Source: Candidatus Bathyarchaeota archaeon | GTDB taxonomy: Archaea; Thermoproteota; Bathyarchaeia; 40CM-2-53-6; RBG-13-38-9 | Direction of reading: 5' to 3' | Length of the DNA: 40,416 nt | NCBI GenBank assembly: GCA_026015185.1 | Contig: JAOZGX010000062.1 | Coordinates: forward strand, 1-40,416 | Part shown: piece after piece, positions 37,159 through 40,416 of the stretch | Layout of the letters: each line of letters begins with the position of its first letter | Numbering within the stretch: the stretch's first letter is position 1 | Translations under genes and position numbers: made by a program | Notes under the pieces: model-generated | What the model was told of the DNA's origin: nothing | The model's database searches: none | What the model saw: only the letters and a program-made list of their open reading frames with translations

Positions 37159-37977
37159 CTATTCTTCTTTTTTCTTTTCTTTTTGTCTTTTCGGTTTTGG
37201 AATTTGTAATCCTGAAGATGCCATCAAAGCCCCAGATAAAGATTCTAGCGGAACTGCAAATACAATGGTATTGCTCTGATCTTGACTTACGTCAGAAAGC
37301 GTAGATAATCTTCTCAATTCTATTGCTAAAGGAGATTTAGTTAAGGTCTCCGATGCTTTCCTCAAGTTTTCAGATGCTTTTAACTCTCCTTCGGATTTAA
37401 TAATTACTCCTCTTTTCTCTCTTTCCGCCTCTGCTTGTCTGGCAATAATTCTTTTCATATCATCCGGCAATTCAATATCCTGCAACTCAACTATTGAGAT
37501 ATCTATGCCCCAATCTTCTGTGGTTTTGTCCACTATCTTCTTGACTTCCTCAGCAATAGCTTCTCGCTGAGTAAGTAGTTCATCAAGCTCATATTTTCCT
37601 ACTACATTTCTTAATGTAGTTTGAGAGTATTGTTGAACTGAATATACGAAATCTTGAATTGCAGTTACACTTTTGACCGCTTCTTTTACTTTCATGAAAA
37701 CAACTGCATCAATCTTGACCGAGATATTGTCTTTTGTTATGACCTCTTGCTTTCTGATATCTAAAGTCCTAATACGCATGTCTCTTCGATATATTAGTTC
37801 AATTATTGGGATTCTGAAGAATAATCCAGGTCCTTTAGTTCTATTATATCTACCTAATCTGAGTAATACTGCTCTTTCCCATTCTTTATTCAACTTGATT
37901 GTACTGGCAAACAAGAATAAAATTACAATTGCTAGAATGAAGTAGAAAAATATATCAAACACATTCAAGACAGACAT
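37159..37977 (-). CDS. SPFH/Band-7 (stomatin/prohibitin-like) membrane protein
   Basis: N-terminal TM anchor, an SPFH domain (...ISVKIDAVVFMKV...), and a coiled-coil Ala/Glu-rich region (RIIARQAEAEREKR). Confidence 0.8.
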   Translation of the reverse strand: MSVLNVFDIFFYFILAIVILFLFASTIKLNKEWERAVLLRLGRYNRTKGPGLFFRIPIIELIYRRDMRIRTLDIRKQEVITKDNISVKIDAVVFMKVKEAVKSVTAIQDFVYSVQQYSQTTLRNVVGKYELDELLTQREAIAEEVKKIVDKTTEDWGIDISIVELQDIELPDDMKRIIARQAEAEREKRGVIIKSEGELKASENLRKASETLTKSPLAIELRRLSTLSDVSQDQSNTIVFAVPLESLSGALMASSGLQIPKPKRQKEKKKEE

Positions 37978-38162
37978 CTCTCTTCTTACATTGTTTATTA
38001 AATCAATTTCATTAGCTCGATTTCCACTAGGTTTTTGTACCTTACATGGAATATAACGGGATCTAATGTACTTAATTGTATAGACATTCTCACATTTTAT
38101 ATTTTTTATGAAAACTGTATAAATTCTTATAAACCATGAGATAATAGTTGTTGCGAAGAAAT

Positions 38163-39374
38163 ATGAAATTATGCAAATTCTTTCTAGTAATTTTAATCAT
38201 CGCTAGCATTTTGACCTCCGTATATTCCGTTGGTGCGACTACATGGGACGAGAGTAGAAATCTCTCGGAAGCTGAATACAGTCAGATAAGACCTCGTATT
38301 GCAGTAAATGAAGATATAATTCATATTGTGTGGGAAGATAATGCAAAAGGATCGATCCAATATATACGAAGCGTTGATGGTGGTAATACTTGGGAACCAG
38401 TAATTAAGCTAATGGACAGTGATGCTGTTCAACAGGATCCGGACATAGCTGTGTATGGAGATAATGTATACGTAGTATGGGAAGATCAACGAAACTCTGC
38501 TACGACTGGAAGCGACATTTATTTTAAACAAAGTGAAAATGGTGGCATTACTTGGAAAACTGAAGAACAGTTAACCATTAATGAAGCTAACCAGTGGAAT
38601 CCAAGAATAGCTGCATTTGATGAGTATTTACATCTTACTTGGTTGGATGAGAGAAACATGGCAACAGCTAATTATGACATCTATTATCGACGAAGCACAA
38701 CTTCAGGCCGAACATGGGATAGCGAGCAGAGATTGACATCAGATCCTTCTATCCAATGGAAACAGTCGATAGCCGCTTATGGCAATAATGTCTATGTGGT
38801 CTATGAGGATTATAGGGAATGGCACTATCCACCGGGCGGTTCCAAAGGAATAATTGTCTACTATGCTAGCAGTACAGATGGTGGTGAATCATGGTCAATC
38901 GATAATAGACTACCAACTGAGGGGACTTGGCAGATGTATCCAGATGTTGCTGCTAGTGAAAACTACGTCTACATTACATGGACTGATTTTAGAGGCTTTT
39001 TTGAATCATGGCTTGACATTTGGCTTACAGTCAGTGCAGATAACGGTAAAACATGGTCTAATAATACAAGGATAACTACAGACAGCAAGCTGCAAGATTA
39101 TCCAAGAATAACCGCTGTTGGCAAACAGTTCCATATAGTATGGCAAGATTTCAGAAATGCAAATACAACCGGGATCGACATATATTACAGAAAAGGTAGC
39201 TTGAACACTGACTATAAAATCGATTTGGAAACACCAATCAGGTTAACAGAATCCGGATGGCAGTATGATCAAGCAATTACTGCATCCAATAATGAAGTGC
39301 ATATTGTATGGACTGAGGAGAAACTATTGGAAACAAAAGGACAAGAAATATTCTATAAAAGAGGTACAAACTAA
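38163..39374 (+). CDS. secreted BNR/Asp-box repeat beta-propeller protein (sialidase-like fold)
   Basis: N-terminal signal peptide. Six to seven ~50-aa blades each carry ...HIVWED.R... and an Asp-box (SVDGGNTW, SENGGITW, STTSGRTW, STDGGESW, SADNGKTW). Start at ATG 38163; the ORF-track start at 38148 is TTG. Confidence 0.65.
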   Translation: MKLCKFFLVILIIASILTSVYSVGATTWDESRNLSEAEYSQIRPRIAVNEDIIHIVWEDNAKGSIQYIRSVDGGNTWEPVIKLMDSDAVQQDPDIAVYGDNVYVVWEDQRNSATTGSDIYFKQSENGGITWKTEEQLTINEANQWNPRIAAFDEYLHLTWLDERNMATANYDIYYRRSTTSGRTWDSEQRLTSDPSIQWKQSIAAYGNNVYVVYEDYREWHYPPGGSKGIIVYYASSTDGGESWSIDNRLPTEGTWQMYPDVAASENYVYITWTDFRGFFESWLDIWLTVSADNGKTWSNNTRITTDSKLQDYPRITAVGKQFHIVWQDFRNANTTGIDIYYRKGSLNTDYKIDLETPIRLTESGWQYDQAITASNNEVHIVWTEEKLLETKGQEIFYKRGTN

Positions 39375-39393
39375 GGGAGCAGTGATAGTTTCT

Positions 39394-39921
39394 ATGAAAA
39401 ATATGGATATAAAAAAAATAAGTATGTTAATAATAGCAATCTTGATTATCGCTACTATTGGATGGCTAGGCATTAACTACATTGGTCAAGAGCAGGTTAT
39501 TCCAACACCAACACCAGAAACAACACTAGAACCCACCCCAGAAACGATCCCAGAATCAGAAAGACAAATAGCACATAAAATATTAACTCCTCAAGAAGCA
39601 TATGATTTGATTAAAGCTAACGAAGGCAATCCAAACTTTGTTATCTTAGACGTTCGAACTCCAGAAGAATTTGAGGAAGAACATATAGAGAATGCAATAA
39701 ATATAGATTATTATATGGATGAGCGAACTAATTATACCAAATCTTTTAGGGACGAGCTTGATAATCTACATAAAGAAAAAACGTATCTTGTCTACTGTCT
39801 AGTAGATATCCGTAGCAGAACGACTCTGGAAATGATGGAACATTTGGGCTTTCGGGAAGTTTACGACATGTCAGGTGGAATTGTTCAATGGAAAGCTGAA
39901 AATCTACCAACTGTGAAATAA
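39394..39921 (+). CDS. membrane-anchored rhodanese-domain sulfurtransferase-like protein
   Basis: Start at the internal ATG (MKNMDIKK), followed by a TM helix, a Thr/Pro/Glu-rich linker, and a rhodanese domain (VILDVRTPEEF...YCLVDIRSR active-site Cys loop). The 5' ORF-track extension overlaps the BNR gene and is probably not translated. Confidence 0.65.
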   Translation: MKNMDIKKISMLIIAILIIATIGWLGINYIGQEQVIPTPTPETTLEPTPETIPESERQIAHKILTPQEAYDLIKANEGNPNFVILDVRTPEEFEEEHIENAINIDYYMDERTNYTKSFRDELDNLHKEKTYLVYCLVDIRSRTTLEMMEHLGFREVYDMSGGIVQWKAENLPTVK

Positions 39922-40031
39922 ATCATTATTTTTTTACATAATTTAATTTAGCGCGCGCGCTGTTGGTCATAAATCAACAAAAAGCTGCAAATGTACAGTC
40001 ATCAAGCAAAATTAATAATTTGATATTTAAG

Positions 40032-40416
40032 TTACTCTTTCAACGAAAATAGCAGCTTTTTTTCCTCAATTTCCTTTTGGATCAATCCCTCTTCTTCTAG
40101 GTATTTTAGATGGGCAATAGTCTCTAATGAAGCAAATAATTTTTGATGCATTGGAGATAATTCCCATGAATCACATTTCATATCCCACGTAATTTTTGAT
40201 GCTATATGGAAAGCATCTTCGCGATTATTTTTTAATTCCGAGAGAACTTCATTAATTCTCATTTGATGATGATTTTTTAACTCTTGAACTTTTTTCTTAC
40301 AATCCTTGATAAAACCTCTATGACCAGGTAATGCCAACTCGATATCAAGATTGAAAACTTTATCCAAGCTTTGTAAATAATCTCTCAGAGGATTTTCTTC
40401 ATATGAGAATAAAGAA
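40032..40416 (-). CDS. metallo-beta-lactamase-fold hydrolase, C-terminal part (N-terminus beyond the window end)
   Basis: The minus-strand frame stays open to the window edge (...LDIELALPGHRGFI...ETIAHLKYLEEEG...). ALPGH and the distal His region are typical MBL C-terminal motifs. The M in the ORF track is a TTG, not a real start. Confidence 0.5.
   Translation of the reverse strand, partial: SLFSYEENPLRDYLQSLDKVFNLDIELALPGHRGFIKDCKKKVQELKNHHQMRINEVLSELKNNREDAFHIASKITWDMKCDSWELSPMHQKLFASLETIAHLKYLEEEGLIQKEIEEKKLLFSLKE

Noticed and set aside
1-40416. CRISPR arrays, IS elements, integrases, toxin-antitoxin pairs
   Set aside because: I found no short direct-repeat arrays, transposase or integrase-like ORFs, or terminal inverted repeats on reading both strands. 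Gene content looks like core chromosome plus one glycosyl cluster.

Overview
The window is an AT-rich stretch of archaeal chromosome. The archaeal assignment rests on ribosomal proteins eS4, eS19, uL3, uS8, uL18 and uL30, an Orc1/Cdc6 initiator, an archaeal-type GluRS, a split GMP synthase B subunit, and an Ogg2-type glycosylase. Composition and gene content suggest a Nitrosopumilus-like thaumarchaeon. I did not compute G+C and cannot verify the taxon without a search.

Genes are densely packed on both strands. I call about 46 CDS, one tRNA-Gly(GCC), and two putative promoters. Many starts are TTG or GTG. This is not an artefact of the ORF track, because conserved N-termini (uS8, the MFS transporter, thioredoxin, the surface protein) begin at those codons.

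Most of the window is housekeeping. It includes a six-gene ribosomal-protein block whose gene order departs strongly from the canonical archaeal spc/S10 arrangement. The rest covers base-excision repair (Ogg2 and Nth), moaC-moaB-moaA, gltX, ahcY, guaA-B and orc1.

The stretch most worth follow-up is a tight cluster at about 8.1-16.7 kb. It carries two paralogous GT81 (glucosyl-3-phosphoglycerate synthase-like, DSD motif) glycosyltransferases, one of them with a roughly 165-aa charged C-terminal extension. With them are a SerB-type HAD phosphatase, two GT4 glycosyltransferases, a GalT-family hexose-1-phosphate nucleotidyltransferase, a PfkB sugar kinase, and a zinc-ribbon/Pro-rich/B-box-like zinc-finger protein. 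That gene set is consistent with a complete, self-contained route to an oligo-glycosyl-glycerate compatible solute or a glycoconjugate precursor. The combination has not, to my knowledge, been characterised in archaea.

Secondary items are a secreted SNase nuclease fused to a lamin-tail domain, an Asp-box beta-propeller with an overlapping membrane-anchored rhodanese, and a triple Ig-like-repeat surface protein. I found no CRISPR array, IS element or integrase.
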